A program made the translations under genes and the position numbers. This document shows, piece by piece, positions 32,403 to 43,124 of a DNA stretch of 64,000 bases. Below the pieces are notes generated by a model, which saw only the letters and a program-made list of their open reading frames with translations, was not told where the DNA came from and searched no databases. Source of the stretch: an uncultured Chloroflexia bacterium (GTDB lineage: Bacteria > Chloroflexota > Anaerolineae > CG2-30-64-16); assembly GCA_963810095.1 (NCBI GenBank), contig CAWEMM010000006.1, positions 736,001 to 800,000 on the forward strand. The letters run 5' to 3'. Numbering within the stretch: position 1 is the stretch's first letter; each line of letters begins with the position of its first letter.

Positions 32403-32914
32403 CCGCGGGCGCCGGCGCACCAGCAGCAGCCGAATCGACGAGAGCGCGCATGCGCGCCTTTCTGGCCGAGCACACGACCCTGACCCTCGCCACGGTCGAC
32501 GAGCGCGGCGAACCCGCGGCTGCGGCGGTCTTTTACGCGGCCGACGATGCGCTCAATCTCTATTTCCTCTCGGAAGAGCGGACGGAGCACGGCCAGAACC
32601 TGCTGCGACAAGGTGCCGCGGCCGGCACGATCCACGCCGACGGACAGGATTGGCGCGCGATACGAGGACTGCAGGTGCGCGGACACGCGCGCCTCGTCAA
32701 GGGCAGCGAGCTGGTGCACGCGACGACGGTCTACGGGCGCCGCTTCGCTTTTGTCGCGACGCTCCTGGCCGGGCAGGGCGGGCCGGGCGTGCTGAGCGGC
32801 CCGCTGGCGCGCGCGCGCTTCTGGGTACTTCAGCCGGCGTGGCTGCGCCTTACCGACAACACCGTCCGCTTTGGCCACAAGGAAGAACTGCGGCTGGATC
32901 GCTCTGAATCGTAG
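32399..32914 (+). CDS. Pyridoxamine 5'-phosphate oxidase-like (UPF0306/YhbP) protein
   Basis: TLTLAT, IRGLQVRG and TDNTVRFGHKEE; GTGA overlap with the EamA stop. Confidence 0.8.
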   Translation: MTAGAGAPAAAESTRARMRAFLAEHTTLTLATVDERGEPAAAAVFYAADDALNLYFLSEERTEHGQNLLRQGAAAGTIHADGQDWRAIRGLQVRGHARLVKGSELVHATTVYGRRFAFVATLLAGQGGPGVLSGPLARARFWVLQPAWLRLTDNTVRFGHKEELRLDRSES

Positions 32915-32981
32915 CGGCTCCCGTCACGGAGCCAAGCGGCCGGCGCAAGCGTTAAGCCTCCAGAAGGGAGGTGCTTGTACC

Positions 32982-33389
32982 ATGCCGGCAAAGAACCAGG
33001 ACGAAACCGAGATTCCGTCGACGATCATGCGGTCGGAAGAACATGCGCAGCACCTGTGGAAGGCAGCGCACGACAGCGCAGTCGAAACGTATGGCGAAGG
33101 CGGCCGCGCACACCGCGTAGCCTACGCGGCGTTGAAGCACGAATACGAAAAGAAGGGCGACAAGTGGGTGCGGAAGGCCGAGAACGGCCCGTCTGATCCG
33201 CAGGCCGCCCGCGGACCCACAACCCGGAAGAAGTCGACCGACGCGCCGGCCGCGCCGACCGCCGGCGGCAAAGTGGCACACGGCGACAAAGACGCGCGTG
33301 CCAAGGCCAAGGACGCGCGCGCAGAAGACGCCAAAGCCCGCCGCGCGCGCGAAAAACAAGACGACGAAAAGAAGAACGACAAGAAGTAG
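32982..33389 (+). CDS. ChaB family protein
   Basis: HAQHLWKAAHDSAVETYG, AHRVAYAALKHEYEKKGDKW; GGAGG RBS. Confidence 0.85.
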   Translation: MPAKNQDETEIPSTIMRSEEHAQHLWKAAHDSAVETYGEGGRAHRVAYAALKHEYEKKGDKWVRKAENGPSDPQAARGPTTRKKSTDAPAAPTAGGKVAHGDKDARAKAKDARAEDAKARRAREKQDDEKKNDKK

Positions 33390-33410
33390 CAGTGTCCAGA
33401 GGAGCGCCCC

Positions 33411-34170
33411 GTGACCGACACCCCCCCGGAGCAGTTTCATCGCACAGATGAGGAGGCCGCCCGCCGCGGTCACCCGTCCTACGTTTGGCGCGCTGGTCAG
33501 GAACGCCGGCTCGCCCTGGTCCGGCAGTGGGCGAACCTGGACCGCGCCCGCATCCTGGACAACGGTTGCGGCGTCGGGATCTACACCGCGAGGTTCTGCG
33601 CGTACTCGGCGCGTGTCGCCGGGGTGGAAATCGACCCGGCGGCGGCGGCCGAGGCACGCGCCCGGACGGGGGCCGAGATCACGGTCGCTCGCGGCGAAGA
33701 TTTGCCGTTTGACGACGGCAGCTTCGACGTGGTCTTCTCGCACGAGGTCATCGAACATGTAGACGACGACCGGCAGGCGGCGCCGCGAGATGGTGCGCGT
33801 TCTGGCGCCCCGCGGCCGAATCGTCATCTTCTGCCCGAACCGGCTCTACCCCTTTGAGACGCACGGCCACTACTGGCGGGGCCAATATCATTTCGGCAAC
33901 ACCCCGCTGATCAACTACCTGCCAAACCCGCTGCGCGACCGGCTTGCGCCACACGTCAACGTCTACACGAGCCAGGGACTCCGCAACCTGTTCGCCGGCC
34001 TGCCCGTCCGCGTCGTGCATCACCAGGTCATCTATCCCGGCTTCGATAATGTCGTCGCCCGGCGGCCTTTGATCGGGCGCTGGCTGAAGCGCGGTTTGTA
34101 CGCAGCCGAGCACACACCGCTGCAGGCGTTCGGGCTGAGTCACTTCCTGGTACTCGAAAGGGCAGCCTGA
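33411..34170 (+). CDS. Class I SAM-dependent methyltransferase (frameshift near 33783)
   Basis: ILDNGCGVG, FDVVFSHEVIEHV, then MVRVLAPRG in the next frame. Confidence 0.85.
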
Positions 34171-34377
34171 GCGGAAGAGCTGGGTGCGCCGGCAGCATCT
34201 GATGGAACGGCTCGGTTTGGTACGCAGTCAGTTTGCTGCTATACTTATGTATCGTACGGGGGGTGGAAGGACTACCCCCCGCTGTTTTTGTCACCCAGCC
34301 AGGGGAACGAACTTACGAGCGCGGCGTCCTATGACTATCACCGTTGGATGCTACGCCCTGGAGATTTCCGCTCGACC

Positions 34378-37300
34378 ATGCACCGAACCCAACAGATCCA
34401 GCACAGGCGGCGTTACCGCCGCGCACACAGCCGGCCCGCCTACGGCAAATGGTTCCTCGTCGTCGCAGGCAGCCTGCTTGCGGTCTTCATCTTCCTGAGT
34501 TTCTCGTCCGTCATGTGGGCAGCCGTCTCGGCCGCCAGCGTCTACACGCTTTTCGCGCAGAACCTGCCCGATCCCTCGTCCATTCAGACCGAGCAGGAGA
34601 CTTACGAAACGGTCAAGATCTTCGACCGGACGGGCACCCACCTGCTGTACGAGTCGATCGACCCGCGGCCCTTCCGCGGCGACCGCACTTATCTCCCGGC
34701 TAATCAGATTCCCGAGCTCGTCAGGGACGCAACGATTGCGCTGGAAGACCGCGACTTCTACACGAACATCGGCGTAAACCTCCGCGGTTTGTCGCGTGCG
34801 CTCGTGTCCAACCTCCGCGGCAACCAGGTGCAGGGCGCAAGCTCGATCACCCAGCAGCTTGTGAAGAACGTCCTGATTGACCCGAAGGAGCGCTACGAGC
34901 AGTCGTACGCACGCAAGCTCAAGGAAGCGATCCTGGCGATCGAGATCACTCGCAAGTATCCCGGCCGCGAGGGCAAAGAGAAGATCCTCGAGTGGTATCT
35001 CAACTACAACTTCTACGGCAACGCCGCGTACGGGATTGAGGCAGCCGCCCAGGTTTACTACAACAAGCACGTACGCGACCTGACCACCGACGAAGTCGCC
35101 GTGCTGGCCGCCATCCCGCAGTATCCCGGCCTCAACCCCTTCCAGGCGCCTGCCGACGCCTACCGGCGCCAGCGCAAGGTGCTCAATTCGATGGTCGAGG
35201 CGAGCTACCTGACCCCGGAGCAGGCCGCGGCCGCCACACGCTACTTCAACACGCCGCTGCTGAACGACCTGGTGGAAAAAGGTTTCCTTGCGGAGAGCGA
35301 CCTGCCGCTGGTCGCGACCGGCGACCGGCCGGCCACCGCCCGCGCGCTCAATGCGCTCGTCAAGGCTGAGCTGCTTTCCAAGGAAGAGGCCGATGCGGCC
35401 AAGAAGCTGGCCGGCCCGCTGTGGCAGTACACCCGCGAGTCGGCACAGGAACGGTTCGAGGTGCCGCCCGACGCACCGCACTTCGCGCTCTACGTGCTCG
35501 ATCAAATCCAGCAGCAGTACAACACGCCCGAAGACCCGTATTACATCTGGCAGAACGGCCTGCGAGTCTACACCACGCTTGACTGGGACCTGCAGGCGTA
35601 TGCCGAGTGCGTGGCCCGCAGCCACATCGGTTCGATGAAGGGTTCCAAGGGCGCCGCGCCGAAGCCCTGCCGCAATGATCTGCCCACCATTCCGGCCGTC
35701 CCCGAAGCGAAGAAACAGGACTTCGACCACGAAGTCGGCAATGCGGCCGTGGTGGTCATGCGCCCGCCAACGGGCGAAGTGCTGGCGATGGTCGGCAGCC
35801 TGGACTACTTTGACGATTCGATCGACGGCCAGGTCAACATGGCCGTCTCCCCCCGTCAGCCCGGCTCATCCTTCAAGCCATACACGTACCTGACCGCATT
35901 CGAGTCCGGCGCGTTCGCGCCGTCTTCGATGGCGATGGACGTCCGCACCGTGTTCCCCGACCCGGGCAACCCACCCTACGTACCCGAGAATTACGACCGC
36001 AAGTATCACGGGCCGCAGTCGCTCCGCCAATCGCTGCAACGCTCGTACAACATCCCGGCCGTCTGGCTCATGGACCAGGTTGGCGTCGCGAACGTAATCA
36101 AGACCGCCCGCCGGGTGGGCGTGAGCAGCCTTAACTGGGAACTCAACCGCTACGGCTTGAGCCTGACGCTCGGCGGCGGCCAGGTCTCGCTGCTCGACCA
36201 CACATATGCGTTCAGCGTGTTTGCGAATGGCGGCATCATGGCTGGCAAGCCGGTGGCCGAGGACCTGCAGCGCCCCGGCTACCGCAAGCTGGACCCGGTC
36301 ACGATCCTGAAGGTGGAGACGAAGGACGGCAAGGTCGTCGACGAGTACACACAGGCGTCGACCGAACGGGTGGTGGACCCGGCCCCAATGTACCTGCTCA
36401 ACAACGTGCTCAGCGACCCCACGCCGCGCCCTGTTCGCGTTTGGCTCCTATGCCAACTACCTGACCCTGCCCGGGCGGCCCGTGGCAGCCAAAACCGGCA
36501 CGACCAACGAATGGCGCGATGCCTGGACAATGGGCTACACGCCGCAGATCGCGGTGGGCGTTTGGACGGGCAACAGCGACAACAAGGCGATGAAGCTGGC
36601 CGACGGCTCCATCACCGCCGCGCCCATCCTGAACAAGGTGCTGGCGAAGGCGGTCGACGGGCTGCCCGTGCAGGGCTGGGCCCAGCCGGAAGGTGTCGTG
36701 AAGGTGCGGGTCTGCGTGCCATCGGGCTTGCTGCCCTCGCCCGACTGCCCCTCGACGACGGCGGACCTCTTCGTGCGCGGCAAAGAGCCCAAACAGCAGG
36801 ACAACATGTACCAGGCGGTCGAGATTAACGCGTCAAACGGCAAGCTCGCGTCGGCCTGCACGCCGCCCGACCAGATCAAGCGCGTTAGCTTCCAGGTGTA
36901 TCCGTCCAACGCGGCCGATTGGGTGCGGGCGCAGGGCATCGCTCAGCCCCCCACGGAGGTCGATGGGCCGTGCGGCGGCGGCGAGCTGGCCGGCGACGTG
37001 CAGATCGGCTATCCCGCCATCGGCGCGCGCGTCAAGGGCGGGGTGCAGCTCACCGGCAACGCCCGCGCGGCCGACTTCCGCGCGTATCGGGTCGAGGTTG
37101 GCAAGAACGGTCAGTGGCAGCCCATCGGCGGCGAGCACGGCGAGCAGATCAGCAACGGCCCGCTGGAATTCTGGGACACGACCGGGTTCGACGGCATGTA
37201 CACGCTGCGCCTGCTGGTCATGGAAAACAGCGGCAACGTCCTGACCTATGAGATGCCGGTGGTAGTCGACAACCAGCCGCCCACGGTCCAGATCGCACAT

Positions 37301-37778
37301 CCATCGCCCGACGACATCTACGAGATGGAGACGGACGAGCTGATCTCCATCACGGCCGATGCGCAGGACGATTGGGAGATGGACCGCGTCGAGTTCTTCC
37401 TTGACGGCCAGAAGCTGGGCGACGCGACGGTGGCTCCCTACAGTGTGCGCTGGACGATCAAGATGACCGACATCGTGCCCAAGGCGCAGCCGACCATCAA
37501 TGCCACCGAAGTGATCACGAATCCGGACGGCACTGTGACGACGCAGCAGGTGCCCGACAGGTATACAAAGACCGAGAAGTACAAGAAAAAGGACGGCACG
37601 ACCGGCTCGCCGCGTCATCATTATGACGGGCGGCGGCGCGGGCGCGACCGTGATGGAAGGCAAGCTGCACGAGATCCACACGATCTGGGTGGTCGCGTAT
37701 GATAAGGCCGGCAACAAGGTCAAGAGCTCGCCCGTGCGGATCTTTGTGAAGCACAAGGACAAGGAGCCGAAGAAGTAA
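34378..37778 (+). CDS. Class A penicillin-binding protein with C-terminal Ig-like domains (frameshifts near 36430 and 37610)
   Basis: EDRDFY and GASSITQQLVKN (GT51); QPGSSFK (SxxK), SYN and KTGT (transpeptidase). Confidence 0.9.
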
Positions 37779-37795
37779 CGGCGAGGCCGAACAGG

Positions 37796-38593
37796 ATGCC
37801 CCACATTCTCGTCACAAACGATGACGGCTACCAGTCCCCCGGGCTGATGGTCCTTGCCCGCTCGCTCCGGCGCGCGGGCAAGGTAACGGTGTTTGCGCCC
37901 GACCATAACTGGTCTGCCGCGGGCCACACCAAGACGATGCACAAGCCGCTGCGTATCACGCAGGCCCCGGCCCTCGACGGCGACATCCCCCTCTTCATCA
38001 CGACCGGCACGCCGTCGGACTGCGTTGCCCTGGCCCTGCTCGGCGTGGTCAAAGACCCCGTCGACCTGGTGGTCTCAGGGATCAACATGGGCGCCAACCT
38101 GGGGCACGATATCACCTATTCGGGGACCGTCGCGGGTGCGATGGAGGGCGCGGTGTTCGGTCGCCCGGCCATCGCGGCCTCGATGGAGTACACGGGCAAC
38201 TCTCCTGTCGAGGGCAAAACCGGCGACCTGGAATTCGCGGCCGAATTCATCGCCACGCTGAGCCTGCAGGTGCTCGCACAGGGGTTGCCGCGCTACGGCC
38301 TGCTCAACGTGAACTTCCCGGCAGTGCCGCGCACAGAGGTCACGGGCGTGCGGACGACGCGCTTGGGCATCCGGGTCTATCACGATGTCCTGGTCGAGCG
38401 GCTGGACCCGAAAGGCCGGCCGTATTACTGGATCGGCGGCGAGCCGCCGACCGGCGAACCCGAGGAGGGGACGGACGTCGGCGCCCTGGCGTGCGGCGCA
38501 ATCTCGATCACCCCCCTCAACCTGGACATGACCGACCGCAGCCAATTAGCGCAGTTGAACCAATGGCCGTTACAATGGAACCCTCATCCGTGA
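37796..38593 (+). CDS. surE: 5'/3'-nucleotidase SurE
   Basis: ILVTNDDG, GTPSDC, SGINMGANLG and YSGTVAGA. Confidence 0.95.
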   Translation: MPHILVTNDDGYQSPGLMVLARSLRRAGKVTVFAPDHNWSAAGHTKTMHKPLRITQAPALDGDIPLFITTGTPSDCVALALLGVVKDPVDLVVSGINMGANLGHDITYSGTVAGAMEGAVFGRPAIAASMEYTGNSPVEGKTGDLEFAAEFIATLSLQVLAQGLPRYGLLNVNFPAVPRTEVTGVRTTRLGIRVYHDVLVERLDPKGRPYYWIGGEPPTGEPEEGTDVGALACGAISITPLNLDMTDRSQLAQLNQWPLQWNPHP

Positions 38594-38660
38594 TGAGGGC
38601 CATAATCCTGGGGGACACGATCATCCCCCCGTCAACCCTGGGTGCTGAAGGCATTCCCTC

Positions 38661-39557
38661 GTGAGCTTCAAACCGATCCCCTACGCCGGGCGCTGGTACG
38701 GACCACTCGCCATGCTGGCTCTCATCCTGCTGGACGTGATCTTGCTGCGCACGCTTCTGAACCGCGAGATCGACGGCGTGAGCTTTATTCTCGCGCTGCT
38801 CGTTCTGGCCAGTGCGTTGGTCATCCTGTACATCGGGTACCGTACCGTTTGTGCGTTCACGCTGGAATACTGGATAGACCGGGACGGCGTGACCGTGATC
38901 TGGGGCCCGACCCGGCAGAGCGTACCCATGGGGGAGATCGAGCGGGTGGTTAATGAGCCCCAACTGACCGCAAGAGGTGGGCCGGCGCCGTGGCATTGGC
39001 CCTGCCCGAACCGCCGCCGCATGCTGACGCAGGCCCTGGGCCCTGTAAATGCGTACAGCACCCGCCCGCTTCCCGAACAAATCGTGCTCGTTACCCGCGG
39101 GGAAAGCTACGGCCTGTCGCCAGCCGATCGCCGCGGCTTTGTCCAGGCCCTGCAAGAACGGTATGCCCTGGGTACAAACCGCGTCCTGGAGCCTGAACTG
39201 AAGCGGCCGCCACTGTGGACCTGGCCGCTGTGGAGCGACCGGATCGCGCTGTTCCTGATCGGCGCGGGCCTGGCCGGCGTGTTGATCATGTTCGGCGCAC
39301 TCTGTTTTCGTTTCCCCGACCTCTCGTCGGACCTGCCGGTGCATTTCGACGTGAGCGGCCTGCCCGACCGGATTGCAGCCAAGTCCGAGCTATTCACGCT
39401 GCCCCTTATCGGGCTGGCCGTTTGGCTTTTCAACACAATCGCCGGCATCTGGCTGTACCGTCACGTGCAGCGTGGCGCGGCTTATCTGCTGTGGTTCGGC
39501 GCGCTGGCCGTGCAGGGCATTGCCGGTCTTGCACTGTTCAACCTCATGCGTTGGTGA
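38661..39557 (+). CDS. Membrane protein with bacterial PH domain and DUF1648-like segment
   Basis: TM helices; YGLSPAD; LPVHFDVSGLPDR. Confidence 0.7.
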   Translation: MSFKPIPYAGRWYGPLAMLALILLDVILLRTLLNREIDGVSFILALLVLASALVILYIGYRTVCAFTLEYWIDRDGVTVIWGPTRQSVPMGEIERVVNEPQLTARGGPAPWHWPCPNRRRMLTQALGPVNAYSTRPLPEQIVLVTRGESYGLSPADRRGFVQALQERYALGTNRVLEPELKRPPLWTWPLWSDRIALFLIGAGLAGVLIMFGALCFRFPDLSSDLPVHFDVSGLPDRIAAKSELFTLPLIGLAVWLFNTIAGIWLYRHVQRGAAYLLWFGALAVQGIAGLALFNLMRW

Positions 39558-39586
39558 GCATGAGGCTCCCTGCCTATGAGATACCC

Positions 39587-40349
39587 ATGGATCAGCAACC
39601 TCTCCTGAGCATCATCATTCCGGCGTACAACGAGGAGCATCGCCTCCCGAAGTCGCTCGACAGCATCATCGCGTTCGTCGACGAACAGTGTGCCAAGGGC
39701 GCCTTTACCACAGAAGTGCTTGTCGTCGAGAACGGCAGCCGCGACCGCACGACGGAGATTGCGGAATCGTACGCGGTCAAGCGCCCGTACATCCAGGTGC
39801 TTCACAGTTCGAAAGGCAAGGGCGCGGCGGTGCGGGCAGGCATGATGGCAGGCCAAGGGCGCTACCTGTTCATGTGCGATTCTGACCTGTCCATGCCGAT
39901 CCGCGAAGTGCTCAAATTCTTGCCCCCCGCTCTGGATGGGTACGACGTGGCCATCGCTTCGCGCGAGGGACCCGGCGCTCGCCGCTACGATGAGCCACAC
40001 TTCCGCCACGTCATGGGCCGCGTCTTCAACCTGATTGTCCGGGTCATCGCGATCCCGCGTTTCCAGGATACCCAGTGCGGCTTCAAGAGCTTCCGGCGCG
40101 AGGTGGCGCGGGAGGTCTTCACGGACGGGACCATGGATGGCTGGGCCTTCGACGTGGAGGCGCTGTTTATAGCGCTGCACCGGGGCTACAAGGTCGTGGC
40201 CGTGCCGATCGACTGGTACCACGATGCGGACAGCCGCGGTTAATCCGGTGCACGACACGATTCGCATGGTCCGGGATGTGCTGAAGATCCGCATCAACGG
40301 CTTGAAGGGCGTCTACAAAAGAAAAGCCGCGGGGCAGCCCGCGGCTTGA
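39587..40349 (+). CDS. GT2 polyprenyl-phosphate glycosyltransferase (ALG5-like; frameshift near 40239)
   Basis: SIIIPAYNEE, GKGAAVRAG, CDSDLS, DTQCGFK and WAFDVE. Confidence 0.88.
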
Positions 40350-40352
40350 CGC

Positions 40353-40384
40353 AGACCCCCGAGGTTGGACAAACCGCGGAGGTC
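40353..40384. repeat. Palindromic repeat family E (AGACC..GAGGTT/AACCT..GGTCT)
   Basis: Imperfect inverted repeat; relatives at 48511-48560, 49856-49890 and 53666-53699. Confidence 0.6.
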
Positions 40385-40395
40385 GCTTGCCGGCG

Positions 40396-41130
40396 CTATC
40401 TTAACAAGAACAACCAGACCAGGAAGCCCGCCTGCGCAGCGACGATCAGCCAGAAGACGACCTGGTACTCGCGCTTCTTGTTCTTGTGATGCAAGACGCG
40501 CATCGCGACAAACGCACCGGGCGAGCCGCCGAGCGCCTCGAGCAGGTGCAGCACAGCTTCGGGCACCCGCAGCCCTTGCGCCTGGGCCTGCGCCTTGTCG
40601 TAGGCGTACACGCCGTAGGTTGCAATGCTGAACGATACCACCCACAGCGCCATCCACAAGGGCAGCGAACCGGGCTGATCGAATACGATGACCAACCCCC
40701 CCAGCAGCAGCAGCGCCGAGACCACGCCGATCAGAAGAAACTTGAGATAGGGGATGCTGAAGACGGAGCCCGGATGAACCTTGATCGCGGTCACGCCCTT
40801 CTCCGTGCGGGTGAGGTAGTAGCTGACCGCTTGCCCTGCGCGCACCTTTTTGTGCCCGTCGACCTGGCGTAGTCCGAAATGGACGTCGCGGCCTGCCTCG
40901 CGGCCTGCCTCCGCGGGGCGAATGAAGCCGTACCCTTCCTTGGGGTTGATCATCACCACGTAGCCGTGCTGGACCCCGGTGGGCAGCTTCTCCTGGGGCG
41001 GCGGCGCTTTGGGCGCCTGTGCGGGTGGCACCTTGTTTTGGCCCGCCGGTGCTGCCTTGGCGGCAGGCGCGTTCTGGGTTGAAGCGGGCTTAGCCGTTGG
41101 CGACGGCTTCGTCTCGGGTGGCTTGGCCAT
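40396..41130 (-). CDS. Cold-shock domain + DUF1294 membrane protein
   Basis: EGYGFI and DVHF (CSD); YAYDK...RVPE..LH...GGSPGA...HHK (DUF1294). Confidence 0.85.
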   Translation of the reverse strand: MAKPPETKPSPTAKPASTQNAPAAKAAPAGQNKVPPAQAPKAPPPQEKLPTGVQHGYVVMINPKEGYGFIRPAEAGREAGRDVHFGLRQVDGHKKVRAGQAVSYYLTRTEKGVTAIKVHPGSVFSIPYLKFLLIGVVSALLLLGGLVIVFDQPGSLPLWMALWVVSFSIATYGVYAYDKAQAQAQGLRVPEAVLHLLEALGGSPGAFVAMRVLHHKNKKREYQVVFWLIVAAQAGFLVWLFLLR

Positions 41131-41306
41131 GGACTTTGCTCCTGGTGGGGAATCTGCGGAACTGCCGCCATCATACCCCAACGCACCGTCCTCGCCAAGC
41201 ACGTACGACAGCCCGGGATGCCAGCGTCCCCGGATTAGCCAATTGAGACGGTTTTGGTATAATATCTCTCAAATTCAGTCTAATAATCGTTCCTCAGGAC
41301 TACACT

Positions 41307-42725
41307 ATGGCACTTTCCTGGCCTTGGGCTCAGCAGACGCTGAAACGTAAGGCGAAAATCGTATGGATCGACTTGGGTGATCTGGGCGACCTCGTCCACC
41401 CCGAAGGCGCGCACGAGCAGTGGCAGGACCACGGCCTCGGCCTCCTGCGCACGATCCTCCACCAGAACGGAATTCTGACCGACGTCGTCTCGACGCGGGC
41501 AGTGACCAGCTGGGATCAGCTGGCCAAGCAGCTGGTGGGCTATGACATGGCGCTGATGAACGTCCGCAGCTACACGTACCCGTCGGGGCGCAAAGCGGCG
41601 CAAGTGTTCAAGCAGGTGAACCCGAACGGGCTGGTGCTGGCGGGCGGGATGCACGCGACGGTGGCGTGGGAGGAGATGCTCGAGGTCCCCGAGTTCGACA
41701 AGATCTGCCAGGGCGCAGGCGAGAAGGTCATCGTCGACCTGGTCAAGGACCCGGCCGCGTTTCCGCGGCTGTTTGCGGGCCAGAGCGCCGGGAGCATGGC
41801 CGACTGGCCCATGATCGACCGGACGCTGTGGCCGAAGCCCGCCAGCCCCAAGCTCGCCCGCCATTTCAACTGGCCGCTCGAGCCAGAATGCGGCTGGGGC
41901 CCGGCGCCCGTTGCCACCATCCTCACGAGCCGGGTCTGCCCCTGGCAGTGCGTCTTCTGCAACGAGAGCTCGTATGTGCCGAACATGGGGCGCAAGCCGG
42001 TCGACCAGGTCATCGACGAGCTCAACTACCTCGACAACCACTGGGGTTTGGGTTCGTTCGTGATCCACGACTCGATGTTCTTCCAGAACCCGAGCTGGCT
42101 GAAGGAATGGATCGAGAAGTATCCGCGCAAGGCCAACCGGCGCTGGACCTATTGGGCTGCTGCCCGCGCCGACACCGTGCGCCAATGGCCGGACCTGTTC
42201 GAGGCGTTGATCAAGGAGACGAACTGGAACCTGGTTTCGATCGGGTTCGAGTCGGGCAGCGACCGGATTTTGCGGCTGCTTAACAAAGAATGCACCGAAG
42301 AGGACAACAACTTCGCGATCGACCTGCTAAATCGCCTGGGGGACGAACTCGAAGCGCAAGGCAAGCAGGCCCCGAAGTTCTGGTCCAACATCATGCTGGG
42401 CATCCCGGGCGAGCACCCCGAGGACGCTTTCAAAACCATGCGCATGATCAAGCGCATGAAGCGCGTGTTCCCTTCGATCTCGTACTACGCGCCCTACCCC
42501 GGCTCAGCGCTCGGCTTCCAACTCATCGCAGAAGGCAAGAGCCTGATGTCGAAGGACAACTACCACCGCTTCCCCGACGACGAGAAGGTGATGGGCGTGG
42601 ACTACAAGTTCTATCACGAGTTGCTCGCCGGCCGGTACGAGGACGAGGTCAACAAGGAGCTGACGCCGGAAGAGCGGGCCCGCAGTTATTCCGGCCTATA
42701 CGCCCACGCGTTGACGAAGGCATAG
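41307..42725 (+). CDS. B12-binding radical SAM protein (class B methyltransferase-like)
   Basis: GGMHAT in the cobalamin domain; TSRVCPWQCVFC (CxxxCxxC); GFESGS; MLGIPGE; PYPGS. Confidence 0.9.
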   Translation: MALSWPWAQQTLKRKAKIVWIDLGDLGDLVHPEGAHEQWQDHGLGLLRTILHQNGILTDVVSTRAVTSWDQLAKQLVGYDMALMNVRSYTYPSGRKAAQVFKQVNPNGLVLAGGMHATVAWEEMLEVPEFDKICQGAGEKVIVDLVKDPAAFPRLFAGQSAGSMADWPMIDRTLWPKPASPKLARHFNWPLEPECGWGPAPVATILTSRVCPWQCVFCNESSYVPNMGRKPVDQVIDELNYLDNHWGLGSFVIHDSMFFQNPSWLKEWIEKYPRKANRRWTYWAAARADTVRQWPDLFEALIKETNWNLVSIGFESGSDRILRLLNKECTEEDNNFAIDLLNRLGDELEAQGKQAPKFWSNIMLGIPGEHPEDAFKTMRMIKRMKRVFPSISYYAPYPGSALGFQLIAEGKSLMSKDNYHRFPDDEKVMGVDYKFYHELLAGRYEDEVNKELTPEERARSYSGLYAHALTKA

Positions 42726-42730
42726 CGACT

Positions 42731-42805
42731 TACCACAAAGACACGAAGTCACAAAGCTTCACAAAATCTTTGTCTAACTTCGTGTCGTGGTGTCTTTGTG
42801 GTGAA
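42731..42805. repeat. Palindromic repeat family A, copy 5
   Basis: TACCACAAAGACACGAAG...GTCTTTGTGGTGAA. Confidence 0.85.
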
Positions 42806-42817
42806 AGAACAATCGAC

Positions 42818-43024
42818 ATGAGCAGTTTTTCCAGTCCGCACTACATGTACCTGTTCACGCTGAAGAACGGGAAGAAAAAGCTGGCGTACGGCGCATCGCC
42901 CGAGGATGCGCTCGACATCCTGCGCATCCGGCTCGGCGAGGCCGAAATGGACGAAATTCTGCCGGACGAGTGGCAGAAGATCAACCAGCGCCAGCTCCAG
43001 CAGTACGTGAAGGACCTGGGATAG
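42818..43024 (+). CDS. 68-aa hypothetical protein downstream of the radical SAM gene
   Basis: MSSFSSPHYMYLFTLKNGKKKLAYGASPEDAL...; strong GC3 codon bias. Confidence 0.7.
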   Translation: MSSFSSPHYMYLFTLKNGKKKLAYGASPEDALDILRIRLGEAEMDEILPDEWQKINQRQLQQYVKDLG

Positions 43025-43027
43025 AAT

Positions 43028-43114
43028 GGAACGCTGATTGAACTGATGTAGCTGATTGCCCTGATTTTCGGATAAGATCATGCGAATCAGTTCAATCAGG
43101 ACAATCTGCGTTCT
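43028..43114. repeat. Palindromic repeat family B, copy 2
   Basis: GAACGCTGATTGAACTGATGTAGCTGATT...AATCAGTTCAATCAGGACAATCTGCGTTC. Confidence 0.8.
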
Positions 43115-43124
43115 ATTGCAGTCC

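Noticed and set aside
42290-42817. 244-aa version of the ORF ending at 43024
   Set aside because: The upstream part is an alternate frame of the radical SAM gene plus the translated repeat; only the last 68 codons look genuine.
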